DNA from: Asterionella formosa | Lineage: Eukaryota | NCBI GenBank assembly: GCA_002256025.1 | Contig: NKIB01014547.1 | Location: 1 to 42,684, forward strand | Direction of reading: 5' to 3' | Length of the DNA stretch: 42,684 nucleotides | Shown: positions 24,689 through 35,156 of the stretch, one piece after another | Layout: every line of letters starts with the position of its first letter | Position numbering within the stretch: the stretch's first letter is position 1 | Notes under the pieces: model-generated | Database searches by the model: none | Told to the model about the DNA's origin: nothing | What the model saw: the letters and a program-made list of their open reading frames with translations, nothing else | Position numbers and translations under genes: made by a program

Positions 24689-25586
24689 TAAAAGTTACTG
24701 AGCAATTTGTGCTTATAACCAAAGCGTCTTGACAGTTCCTGAATACTATCACCTGTAGAAGTAGCTAGTTAAACACAATTTCGATGACCAGTAGACAACT
24801 TCTTGGATTTACTGAATGATTTTTAATATTAAAGAAAGATACTTAAGAGAGTTTGGAATGGAAAGCCAGCTTAACCCTTCTGGTAGGCAAGGGATAAATC
24901 ATTGGGAATGAGTCAAAACTGAAAAAGTGTGCACAAAACGTGCACTACCAGACCTTCCAGGAGACGAAGCAAAAAATATACCTCTTAGGAGTACAGGAAT
25001 CATATTAATTTGTTTTGGAGGAATCGTACTGATTAGTACTCGGAGTGCGTACTCAACAATGTCCCTACCGATAGGAGGATGACAGGGACCACGCAGAGGA
25101 GATTATGACTGTGTCGTGAGTACCGGGAGCCAACGACTGAAACTTCCTCCGTAAGGTCAAGGATAGTAAGTACGTACAGTATGATTGGTTGTAGCAGAAG
25201 CATAAAAATGCTGGCTATCTTGCTGGGCCTCGACTTATTTAACCATTCAATATCATAGAGTCTTTCGTGTTTCAGAACCATTATTTTTGTAATTGCACCA
25301 TTTATCAGGTACATACGTTATTCGTTCGTCACTGTCGTCGTCGGCTTTTGCTTCAAACGGGCAGGACATTATTTGCACCCCACTCATAACTTAGGAACTT
25401 TCGAGGAAGATTTTTCGCTTTTGTCCTTTGCTGCTGTCCTTATTTCACCATTTGCTCCCAGAACCTAGACAAGGCTCATCTTCAACGCGAATTCGACTAC
25501 AATAAATCAGTGTGTCTGCCTGACAGTACTTGCTAATCGTACTTGCTAATCGACGATACAATCTCGCCAATACACGAACATACACA

Positions 25587-26534
25587 ATGAATCTCCCGCA
25601 ACCTTCTCGTCGGTGGACCCTCAGATCACTTAGCTTTGTTGCAATGACAATTTTGACTATGACCACAGGGGTAACCGCTTTTGCTCCGTCACTTTATCAA
25701 CGACATGGAACATCTGAGTCAGGAATCCCAGAGTCTCCCCGGTTTCCAACTTCTACGGTGCAATCGACAAATTCAGTTTTGAATTTGAGTTCAGCCTCGC
25801 TAATGGAAAGTCAGCCCAAGTCGTTCGAAGAACGCATGAGAGAGATGGTGAATGGTGGACGAAAGAAGTCTACTGGTAGCACCACTGTGGACAATGAATC
25901 CAAGCTGCCTACAAATGTGAAAATTGTCAAGACATTGGAAGAATACAGAAGAGTGGTTGGAGGTGAACGAGATCGTATTGTAGTGGTCCGATTCTTCGCT
26001 CCATGGTGTAAGGTGCGTTGCTTGTATTCGCAAAAACCGAGAGATCGTCGTCGTCGTTTCCTCGTGGAAGTCTGCATATTGCAAAACCGGGTTCTTTCCA
26101 GTAAATCCAAGGTGAACTCAACACTGATTCTCCGACTCGTTCGATTGGTTTTTCTCTTACGAGGTTCCCCCTTCTCTTACCTTTACTTTCAGGCATGTAA
26201 AGCGGTTGCTCCACTCTTTTATCGCATGGCCAATAGCCGCCCCGAGGTCCTCTTTATTGAAGTACCAGTATCAGATACCAATGCGAACTTGCACCAAGGA
26301 TTACAAGTCCCATCCTTACCATATGGGCACATCTACCACCCATCAGGGGGTTTGGTTGAAGAGGATCGAATTGCCCGTAAGTTCTTTCCCCAGTTTGCTC
26401 ATAAGGTCCAATCATATGTCAACGGAAGTTGCGACTTGGTTGATGGAGAGTGCCATAGTCCCTATGTTGATGTGCCAGATGCAGCCGAGGAAAAAGATCA
26501 GCCAATGGGACGAAGGGCATCTGTGGAACTCTAG
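25587..26534 (+). CDS. Plastid-targeted atypical thioredoxin (WCKAC); 2 exons (25587-26012, 26193-26534)
   Basis: Presequence ..MTILTMTTGVTA-FAP (ASAFAP-type). Trx fold VVVRFFAPWCK|ACKAV..FIEV..VPSLP. Intron 26013-26192 (GTGCGT..pyrimidine tract..CAG). Confidence 0.85.
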   Translation: MNLPQPSRRWTLRSLSFVAMTILTMTTGVTAFAPSLYQRHGTSESGIPESPRFPTSTVQSTNSVLNLSSASLMESQPKSFEERMREMVNGGRKKSTGSTTVDNESKLPTNVKIVKTLEEYRRVVGGERDRIVVVRFFAPWCKVRCLYSQKPRDRRRRFLVEVCILQNRVLSSKSKVNSTLILRLVRLVFLLRGSPFSYLYFQACKAVAPLFYRMANSRPEVLFIEVPVSDTNANLHQGLQVPSLPYGHIYHPSGGLVEEDRIARKFFPQFAHKVQSYVNGSCDLVDGECHSPYVDVPDAAEEKDQPMGRRASVEL

Positions 26535-27479
26535 TGCTCGCATTGTGATGCTGGTCCAACTTTTGTAAAAAATATTCAAATGCTAAGTGAAAACACTAAT
26601 ATAGATTACATATCAAATGTTTTTGAACTCAAAAGTATCAATAATAGTGTTCGAGCAATATGGCCATTGGAACTGGGATCCATTTCCCAACTGCTAATTT
26701 AAGTATACAAGAAGTAGAAGTGTAATGATCGCATAGATGAATTGTTGCTCTTGCTTGGACAGTGGTGCTGATGTTGTAGGTTTGGTTTAGAGGTTGATTA
26801 TTTCTCAAAAATGTTGTTTACCCCTTAAGCAGAAAGTGAAAATTGTACAGTAGTTTCGGGAGAAGTATTACCTGCAGTTTGAATTGGTACCGTATTGTTC
26901 CAAATTGGGGAGTCTCCCTACCTGGTAATATAATAGTAGTACACCCGGTAATTTCAAACCAGTGATTGACTTTTTCTTGGAATGCAACGGTAGCTACCAG
27001 TACCTGGTACCTGGTACCGGTACTGGTACCGAAATTCTCCTCCAAGAAGTGTGCGTACGGACCTGGTATGTATGTGTAGCACATTCTGGAAGTCAGCTTG
27101 TACATGTGTCGTTTCACATGACCATACGCCCCCCATACGTAATAACACTACATAGAGATACATATGGTGTAGACACAATGACGAAGCATCCAGCAGAACA
27201 TTCGATTCAAATACTGGGTTCCGGTACTCCCGGAACCTTGTTTGCACCCACAATCATTAAAAAAGAGCTAATTTTCCAATTTAAAGATTCGCCGACCACC
27301 AACCGACGAGCGAGGAAGATCGTGTTCGCCGTCGTCAGCCTCTGCCTGCTCCTCTCGTCTTCTATAATTCTCAGCACAAGCCAAGTAACTGATTGTAATT
27401 GTGGGTACAGCCGTTCAATTGACAAGTGGTATAACTCGAATATACGAAAGGGTATTGCCTTGCCGTGAAGAAACGCACC

Positions 27480-28379
27480 ATGTGCACCCAAACAGATGTC
27501 AAAATCGCCCCATTCGGCCCCAACGTCCATGCGAGCTCGCATCCTGTCTTGTCACACAAAATCACCATCCTGCGCTCATCCTCCACGCTTCCAGGCGCCT
27601 TTCGATCCGTCATGAGAGAGGTGACTTACCATCTTGGTTACGAAGCAACGGCGGGACTCAAGACTCGGCCTGTGCAAATCTCTGTTCCAGTCGGCAAGGG
27701 CGACATGGATCACATCGACATGGAAGGGACAAAGCTCGCCGATAGAGTGGCCTTGATCCCCATCCTGCGATCTGGTTTGGGCATGACGGACAGTATGCTA
27801 GAGCTACTTCCCAACGCTGGTGTCCATCACATTGGCATGTACAAGAATAGTCTCAGTATGCCGGTCCAGTACTACAATCGACTTCCTCGCCATTGTCAAG
27901 CCGATGTAGCCTACGTCTTGGATCCAGTAATTGCGAGTGGTGGTACAACCATGAGTGTGATATCGATTTTGAAAAAGGTTAGTGATCGGATCTGCTATCA
28001 TGTGCTCGTTGCTTAAGTTTTGAGTTTTTTGGGATGATTTCGATTCCACTTGCATCGCTTGTCCAGTATTCAAATTTCCTTCTTTTGAAAAATTTACTTA
28101 CTCAATCCACTTTCGTGTCACTAACTGCTCAAGTGGGGAGTTCCAAAGGTTCATTTGGTGTGCGTCATTGCCTCACGCGAAGGGTTGACCAAGGTCACAG
28201 AAGCCCACCCCGATGTCCATATCACTGTCGGGATGGTGGATGACGAGCTTAAAGAGGGTACAGTTTTACCTGGACTAGGTGATTCGGGTGACCGCCTCTT
28301 TGGTACTTATCAATTGGACGATGACGAAGCGATGCTTCACCCTAGCAAAAGAAAGAGGTCCGAGAGTATTATCGAATGA
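27480..28379 (+). CDS. UPRT: Uracil phosphoribosyltransferase; 2 exons (27480-27977, 28134-28379)
   Basis: HKITILR..FR, IPILRSGLGM, PRPP loop VLDPVIASGGT, C-terminal LPGLGDSGDRLFGT. Intron 27978-28133 (GTTAGT..CTAAC..AAG) joins the two ORFs in frame. Confidence 0.9.
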
Positions 28380-28805
28380 CCTGTGTGGTAAAGGGTGTAA
28401 AAAGCCGTCTAATGGGAGGAATGGGATTCTTTAATTCATTATTTTTCCACATGATGTTGTTATGATGAGGGGTTGGTGACTGATTTTAATGGCATAGGTG
28501 GATCAAACCTGTTATGCTCTAGTCAATAAGCAAGGACATGCATTACGACCAACGATTCTGTGGGGCAATAGTGGACAGTATTACTATAGAGCATATTTTC
28601 ATACTCAATCTTGTCTAGCTGGCAACTCTTTGGAGCATAACTATTAAGCACACCCAAAATGCTCAAAAATCCAGAATTCAGACAACTATCGTCCCTGCTG
28701 GAGGGAAGGTTCACTTGCCAGAGTTGCGTTCATTGAGACGTCATTTTTCTTAATGTAAGCGTTTATAATTCTTCATACATAGAACTTTTTTTTTGGAAGA
28801 AGCTC

Positions 28806-29732
28806 TCACTTGGTATCAAAATCAGCCTTCGAATGACGCTCCTTGATAGCATTGTCACCCCAACCGAGAACACGGACTCCACGCTGCACAGCAGGACGAG
28901 CACCAATGCGCTCCACCCATGCCTTCAAGTTTGTATACGAACTGCCATTCAAATATTCTTGTTCTACCAAGCGCTTGTTCCATGCATAATGCATAATGTC
29001 GGCAATGGTAAGACTATCACCAACAAAATAGTCCTTTCCTTCAAGATGCTTGTCCATGACATCCATAATACGTTTTGATTCGATCGTGTATCGGTCGATT
29101 GCGTACTCCCATTTCATTGGAGCAGCACCGTTGAAATGAGAAAGGCCACCACCGCCATAGTAAGGACCTGCGCCAGTCTGGTAAAATACCCAGCTTATAC
29201 ATTCTGCTTTCTGCACTGGATCCTTGGGTAGAAATGCGTCGTACTTTTCAGCAAGGTACAGGAGGATAGCACCGCTCTCAAAGACACGGGCGCCGTTGGA
29301 TTGATCAAGAATTGCTGGAATCTTGGAGTTGGGGTTGATGGCAACGAAACCAGAAGTAAACTGATCGCCACTGCCAATGTTGATCAGCCAAGCATCATAC
29401 TCAATCTCTTTCAATTCGTTCAACTCTTCGAGCAGAATCGAGGCCTTCACTCCGTTCGGAGTGCCCAAACCATATAATTGAATGTCGTGCGAGCCCTTGG
29501 GAAGCTCCTTTTCGGTCTGAGCTCCACTTGTAGGAACATTGGACCCATGGATGGGTTTCATTGTGGTGGCATCGTATTTCCATACCGTAGGAACTTGATA
29601 GTCGTCGGGGATCGAGGGTTTTGTTGGCGTTGTAGACGACATGGCGAGGGCAGATGGGGTGCGAAGGAAGGAACGTCGGAGAGCAGAAGTGTGCACGAGA
29701 GTGGAACACAAGAACGACGTTTGAATGCGCAT
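28806..29732 (-). CDS. yghU: YghU-type (Nu-class/Ure2-related) glutathione transferase / disulfide-bond oxidoreductase with an N-terminal targeting extension
   Basis: Collinear with bacterial YghU as I recall it: YQVPTVW..PTSGAQTEKELPKG.HDIQLYGLGTPNG, EYDAWLINIGSGDQFTSGFVAINPNSKIPA, VFESGAILLYLAEKY, EYAIDRYT.E.KR, RPAVQRG, ERHSKADF. Confidence 0.88.
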   Translation of the reverse strand: MRIQTSFLCSTLVHTSALRRSFLRTPSALAMSSTTPTKPSIPDDYQVPTVWKYDATTMKPIHGSNVPTSGAQTEKELPKGSHDIQLYGLGTPNGVKASILLEELNELKEIEYDAWLINIGSGDQFTSGFVAINPNSKIPAILDQSNGARVFESGAILLYLAEKYDAFLPKDPVQKAECISWVFYQTGAGPYYGGGGLSHFNGAAPMKWEYAIDRYTIESKRIMDVMDKHLEGKDYFVGDSLTIADIMHYAWNKRLVEQEYLNGSSYTNLKAWVERIGARPAVQRGVRVLGWGDNAIKERHSKADFDTK

Positions 29733-30461
29733 TCAAAAGATTTTTTATGAGCGAAGGCTGTTTCGATGGAAATTTATGTTTCGTTGCCGGTACGAGTACT
29801 TTGTACGGCGATAAATCAGGATATTGAAATGATAATATTCCACCCAAAAATACCGCGTACATACACGAAGATTCTGGAACACACATGTACACATACACTG
29901 GAACTGCCTGCTCAAGAAAAATCTTCGAACTCAATGTTGTTCCAATACCGTGGTACATGAGAAGGATAATAAGAAATATCGCAATGCAAATAAACAAGCA
30001 ACACGCCACATGATGTCGCTCGGGGATTATTATCTCGTAGCTATTTATATAGTGAAAGAAATTACAGAAATGAAGAAGCTTCAACGCGGTTCCAAGATTT
30101 TCGAAGAACCCCCCACCCCCCCACCCCGGAATGTATATTTTTTATTCCTGCAATGTGCAATGCAGAAATTATCATAGCATACCAGTATAAGAATCCATTT
30201 AGCGGTACATACGCTGGGCAAAGTATTTTCCATTTCAATTGGCTTCTTTCATTTGTAGGCTCCCACGCCGCTCGAGAGGAACTTTATGATACGAAAACGG
30301 TCGACTAATTTCGATTTTATCTGCTTCTTCCCATTTTATGTAGGCTACACATTGTGTAGTTACTAAAGCAAGCAAATTATACAAAGTGACAATTGGGCAT
30401 TCATGCTCAAGCAATCTATACTCTAAAGTCTTGAAAACAAAACTTCCAAATGCATACATCA

Positions 30462-31551
30462 TTATAGGCAAGAAAAGTCTGACAGGCAAGCTGCACCCTG
30501 ATAAGTAGTGTTGTAAAGCCCAGCTCGTTGACGCGATAAGTCAAAGATATCCTGTCGGCGAGTTGTGGTCATCGACTGCCTCATCATCGCCCGACGTTCT
30601 TCAATGATTCTTTTCCGTTCCGCCATACATTTCTCGTCACACTGCAACTGGGGAACCCCTATTTCCGCGTTAGCAAGTTGAGGCATGAGCGATGGTGTAG
30701 TCATAACGAAGGTTACAAGGGACAATAGAGTAGTTCGCCTTGATGAATGTATCGACGGCGTTGTTTCTTGCATCCACGCATCAACATGCCCGTTGCTTGA
30801 GTTGTTCTTCTCGTCATGGTCATGGTTCCCCTGAATATCTTCCGCTTTTATTTTCATCGTCCCTCGGTCACTCCAGAATGGCATTTCTTGCACACCCTCA
30901 ACTAACTTAAGATTAATTCCCGAGGGCAATCCCCTCCCTGATAAAGTGTCAATCTCGTCGAACTCCTTCATCCACGAATTTTCAAAGAAGAATATGGTCT
31001 GCGTGTTAAGACCAAATCCCTCGCATTCGCTGACCAACGTCTTGAGCATCGTCAGCTTTCCAGCAACACCCTGTTTCCGACCAACAGCTTTGGCCTCTTG
31101 ATCGCCAATTGCGTTTCGAACGGCCTTCGATTTGTCACCATGCTGCCAGGCCCATTCAAACTGCAGGGCTGTGCGCTGGTCTGTAAAATCATTTATAATC
31201 GCGACAAACTCCCATGGTCTACCGGATCGTTGAGTCCTCTTGGCTCCTCCTGCTTTTAGATCACCATTGTGTTGACGAAGCCGTCGATGTGGATCGGTCT
31301 GATTTGAAAAAAAATCAGATGATAGCTCTCCATAACCAACACCAAGTTGCAATTTCATTACATGAACTTACTGTAAAGCCAACATAGGTCTTGCGAGGGT
31401 GACTAGGATCAAGAGAACGAAGCAGATAACAGTGGAAACTAGTTGATTTACAAATTGTTCGTTTCCCCGTTGCTTGTGTCAAGGCACAAGTCACTTTCTG
31501 AAAACAAAAGAAAAGTAGCATGACTGTGACTATTCGTAGGGATGATTGCAT
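30462..31551 (-). CDS. SLX1-type GIY-YIG endonuclease fused to a putative thylakoid-lumen precursor; exons 31551-31372 and 31298-30462 (start uncertain)
   Basis: FHCYLLRS..TYVGFT|TDPHRRLRQHNG..GGAKRT..GRPWE..ALQFEWAWQH is the SLX1 nuclease signature. Intron 31371-31299 (GTAAGT..CAG) restores the motif in frame. No C-terminal SLX1 zinc finger is visible. Confidence 0.8.
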
Positions 31552-32743
31552 CGTCCTCGTGATCACACAACAACGAAGGCTATGAATCCTTTTGCAACGA
31601 TTGACAGGCAGAATGATGACAGCTGTCGCAACAATTTCAACATCTCGACATGTATTATCGCAAAGAAGGGGTACTGGGATCATATTCTCAGTTCCGCCTC
31701 ATCCTGCTGATCATGATTGTGATTCCCTGGTACCGGTAAAATACGGTTTTTGCTTAATAAAAGGTAAAGCTAAATATCTAGATTATCAGACCTTCCTTGA
31801 CCAGGTACTTGGTACCTGGTCCCAGGTAGTACCAGTACCGGCATACATACGGCTGATCATGATCAATTTTTGCGATCGAAAATAGTCCGTACCGGTACTG
31901 TAAAACTGCCTGGCAACCTGTACTCCGCCAGGGTACTGGTAGAATCATCACGTTAACAGTAAGGACGATACTGGAACCATCATAATTTACCCATTGTTCA
32001 GCTACCATGTGTTGAATCATAAATAGGTACACGTAAAGTGGGGTTTTAAATAAATACACCGGAGTACATCACATGTTGCTTGCATGCCTCCTTATCGACG
32101 TTACAGGCATCACGAATAAATTATCATTTTCAAACAGCTGAACAAAACAGCTCGCTAGCTGTCATTTCGAGAAAGCCACCGGCAAGAGGTAGTTGTCATA
32201 TTCATAACTTGGAAGATATAAGCACAACAACAATAATAATAAAATCTGCAGGTAAACTCATGTCTTGGTCGATGATTGGCTATGGTGGTGATGATGACAG
32301 CAATGTTAGTTCTGCCGTGTGATGTGATCACATACAAGATGAACCACATTTGTGATTAGTAAATAAGCATATAGTATATTCCGAAGAAAAAAGTACATCA
32401 TCGTATTATTCATATAAGTTAACTCATGATTTGAATAGATCAATACCAATTTTGTCTTTTGCCCATAATAGTTCGAAACTGATATGGTGGATGCATGATT
32501 CTCCTGATGAATTCTACATCTATGATGCCGCCCACATTTTTTGGTATCCTATGATGGAATGCTGTTCATCTTGCTCCGAGATGATGACCAACCAGTAACA
32601 TGGATACGGAAGAATAAGGATGGTACAGAATGGTAGTGATGTCTGCCCCTCCTCTCAATATTTCAAGTACAAGATCACGGCCAGAGAACGGCAAGCAGGT
32701 ACTCCTAAACTTTTCCAGCTTATAACGTATCACCTCTCTTCTA

Positions 32744-33625
32744 CTATATCTTTGGTTGTACAGTACCATGGCTCGCTTCTAGGGTCTCACCTTGAGACAA
32801 AATCTTCAACATTCCCAGCATGTGTGTTTGGTAGTACTGATACCGTGGTCGCAATATCAGTGCCCATGCCACTTTTCGCAGTAGGACAGGGACTTGTTGA
32901 GTCTTCATGATGTCAAAGACTCGATCCTTTCCAGCATAATGAACAATGGCTCCAGTCTCCACCCTCGGTCCAGTTCGTGCGAGCTTATGAGCCATATGGT
33001 GAACTCGGGACATTGTAAAATAGGCTCGCATGAGAGGAATACAAATGTCTTCTTCTGCTTTTAAATGAGGAAACAAATCCGCCTTGTATGCCTTCCATGA
33101 GACGCTTAATTTCGAAAGAATGGATTGACTAGTGTCGTCATTCACAGTGGGAACACTACTGAAATTGCCAATAAGTTCACCAACCTGGGTGTCAATGGCC
33201 CTCAAATGAGCTTCAATCTTCAAATGATCCTTCTCCATAAATTCCGGATACTTGAATCTTCGACAGGCGAACTTCTTGACAATCTTGTCTTCGTTTCTGT
33301 GATGAGATTCCATATGAGTCCTGTGCAGGCTCCACCATTGTTGGACTGCTCTTGCTTGTGAGGTGTTCAAATTTGTCGTCGTCAGCAGCGTCTCCAAGGC
33401 CTTGTCAAAATCATTCACTTCACCACGCAAAGCGTCATGAGCCATCATCCAACCATCTAATTCAATCCCATAGTTCCATGTTGACAACTTATCTGGAGCA
33501 TACTTGGAACTAACTTGATAAGTAGGATTTATCGGGTCAAAGGATAAACAACTATCTGTTCTTGCTTGTTGAGTATTGTTATAAGTCAGCATGGCTACTG
33601 ATAGTAGATGGGGTAAGTACATCAT
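32744..33625 (-). CDS. Hemerythrin-like (HHE cation-binding) domain protein
   Basis: Two H...HxxxE modules: MAHDALRGE..HHRNED and EKDH..PHLKAEED. First in-frame ATG is 33625. Confidence 0.75.
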   Translation of the reverse strand: MMYLPHLLSVAMLTYNNTQQARTDSCLSFDPINPTYQVSSKYAPDKLSTWNYGIELDGWMMAHDALRGEVNDFDKALETLLTTTNLNTSQARAVQQWWSLHRTHMESHHRNEDKIVKKFACRRFKYPEFMEKDHLKIEAHLRAIDTQVGELIGNFSSVPTVNDDTSQSILSKLSVSWKAYKADLFPHLKAEEDICIPLMRAYFTMSRVHHMAHKLARTGPRVETGAIVHYAGKDRVFDIMKTQQVPVLLRKVAWALILRPRYQYYQTHMLGMLKILSQGETLEASHGTVQPKI

Positions 33626-33797
33626 GAAATAGGACAGCGCCGGTTGATAAACAGGGAAAGCTGAACAGATGTTAACGGTGATTTCCTCAAAACGAGCATA
33701 CCAGTTGAATCCACAAGTGTGACTTGATTTCAGTTGTGTCAATAAGACAGCAACGTCCAGAATACAAGTATGCAGGGGAGGCTTTATCGATATAAAC

Positions 33798-33955
33798 TGT
33801 TGGAGAAATTATTTAGGAAAGAAAATCCCGGTATAAATTACCTAATATATATTGAATCGAATGAATCAAAAAAAACATGGTACCAGAGAAAACTCAGAAT
33901 TCGAAAACAATCTACCTGTATGTACATCACCAGTAAAACCCATAATTCTACTAAA
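33798..33955 (+). mobile_element. 3'-truncated, diverged copy of the LTR at 35320-35471
   Basis: Starts TGTTGGAGAAATTATT and aligns in blocks with 35320-35440 (ATATTGAATCGAATGAATCAAAAAA, ATGGTACCAGAGAA, TTCGAAAACAATCTAC, ACCCATAATTCTA), but lacks the CAACA end. Confidence 0.7.
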
Positions 33956-34121
33956 GGAAGATGCATTTATTTTTCATTTGCCAGACAAACCAGTTCGATT
34001 CGAAAGAATCAAAATGAATCTATATGCTGTATTCAGGCCTCCTAAATTCTGTGAAGGCTGAAATTGCAATTAAACTACTCACTCCTTTCTTCAGTGCATG
34101 ATGCAAAGAATAGTTCATTGT

Positions 34122-35156
34122 CTATAAAATTACTGTTGTGGATGTGTCAGGTGAGCCACCTTCCTCATGGTTGTTGTCCTCCTCCTCCTCAAGAATGACT
34201 CTTGTGGCCAAAAATCGAGCCCCATTTCCAACAAATTTACAATACCTTGGAAACAAGGTTAGTTTCCAGATTATGTTGAATACTGTCAGCTGAATAAGTA
34301 TGAGTATATTTCGTCCATAACAGGCACCAGGGTTTGTTTTCTCTGCATAGTGAATGAATGCAATAATCACTGCATAATGCAGCAAGGAACTGGTAATTGT
34401 CCACAAAAGCCAAAGAAGCACACCTCATTGTGGCTTCCACTCGATTTCTTTCATTTCCTTTTCCAACAGAACCTTCGGATACCCTGAAGATTTCTCAGTT
34501 GGTGTGCATACAAGGTCAACGTGTCGCCCAATAATGGCATTCCTCTCATCACCATTGCGCATGATGCAAGGTGCTGTCTCAAACACTTCTCCGCAAGTAG
34601 TTGAATACTTGATAACTAAATGGTATGCATCCTTCGAAAATCCAAATGCAGTCAATTGCTTGGATACAGTGCCGTGAATGACCTCACCCTCTTGCTCCAA
34701 GCGAAGGTAGTTGCGTTGGAGTGAGCCCTGTTCGAGAGTAGCGGTGAGAAGCGTTGGCCAGACTAGTCGGATCGGATCGACAATGGTGATAAGAATGAGA
34801 AAATAGAGGCACACTGCAAAGTGAATCGTTTGCCAGAATAGATGGATCGGATCGACAATGGGGATAAGAATGAGAAAATAGAGGCACGCTGCAAAAAGAA
34901 TCAGGGGTGTTGAAAGGCACAGATAGAGAGGCAAGGCGATGACATGCTTGACAGGTCCTACCGGTACTTTTTGGAGGTAGCCCGGAACAAGACATCGAAA
35001 GTAAAGAACAGCAGAACACATGAAAAACTTATTGAAGCAAGGCGACCAGTTCTCAAACAACAATGGACTTTCTTTATCTTGTTTTGCGGCTCTTCCAAAT
35101 TCCATATTAGAAGTGTAGGATGCATTTAGTTGCTCACTCCAAGCACGGAAAGCCAT
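34122..35156 (-). pseudogene. Multi-pass membrane protein gene interrupted by a single in-frame TGA at 34427-34425
   Basis: ORFs 35156-34425 and 34421-34122 are in the same frame (..AAG CCA CAA TGA GGT GTG CTT CTT TGG..), with hydrophobic helices on both sides of the stop. Confidence 0.6.
34757..34895 (+). repeat. 75-bp-period in-frame tandem duplication inside the membrane-protein gene
   Basis: Encodes AACLYFLILIPIVDPIHLFW and AVCLYFLILITIVDPIRLVW; DNA core GGATCGGATCGACAATGG.GATAAGAATGAGAAAATAGAGGCAC occurs twice. Confidence 0.9.

Noticed and set aside
26818..27468. ORFs rich in VPGT/WYQV/GTRY peptides (also 22912-23192 and 37858-38088)
   Set aside because: These are translations of the non-coding GGTACC-type motif clusters, not credible proteins.
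34425..34427. In-frame TGA as selenocysteine
   Set aside because: No redox motif context and no SECIS-like stem could be identified by eye; a nonsense mutation is simpler.
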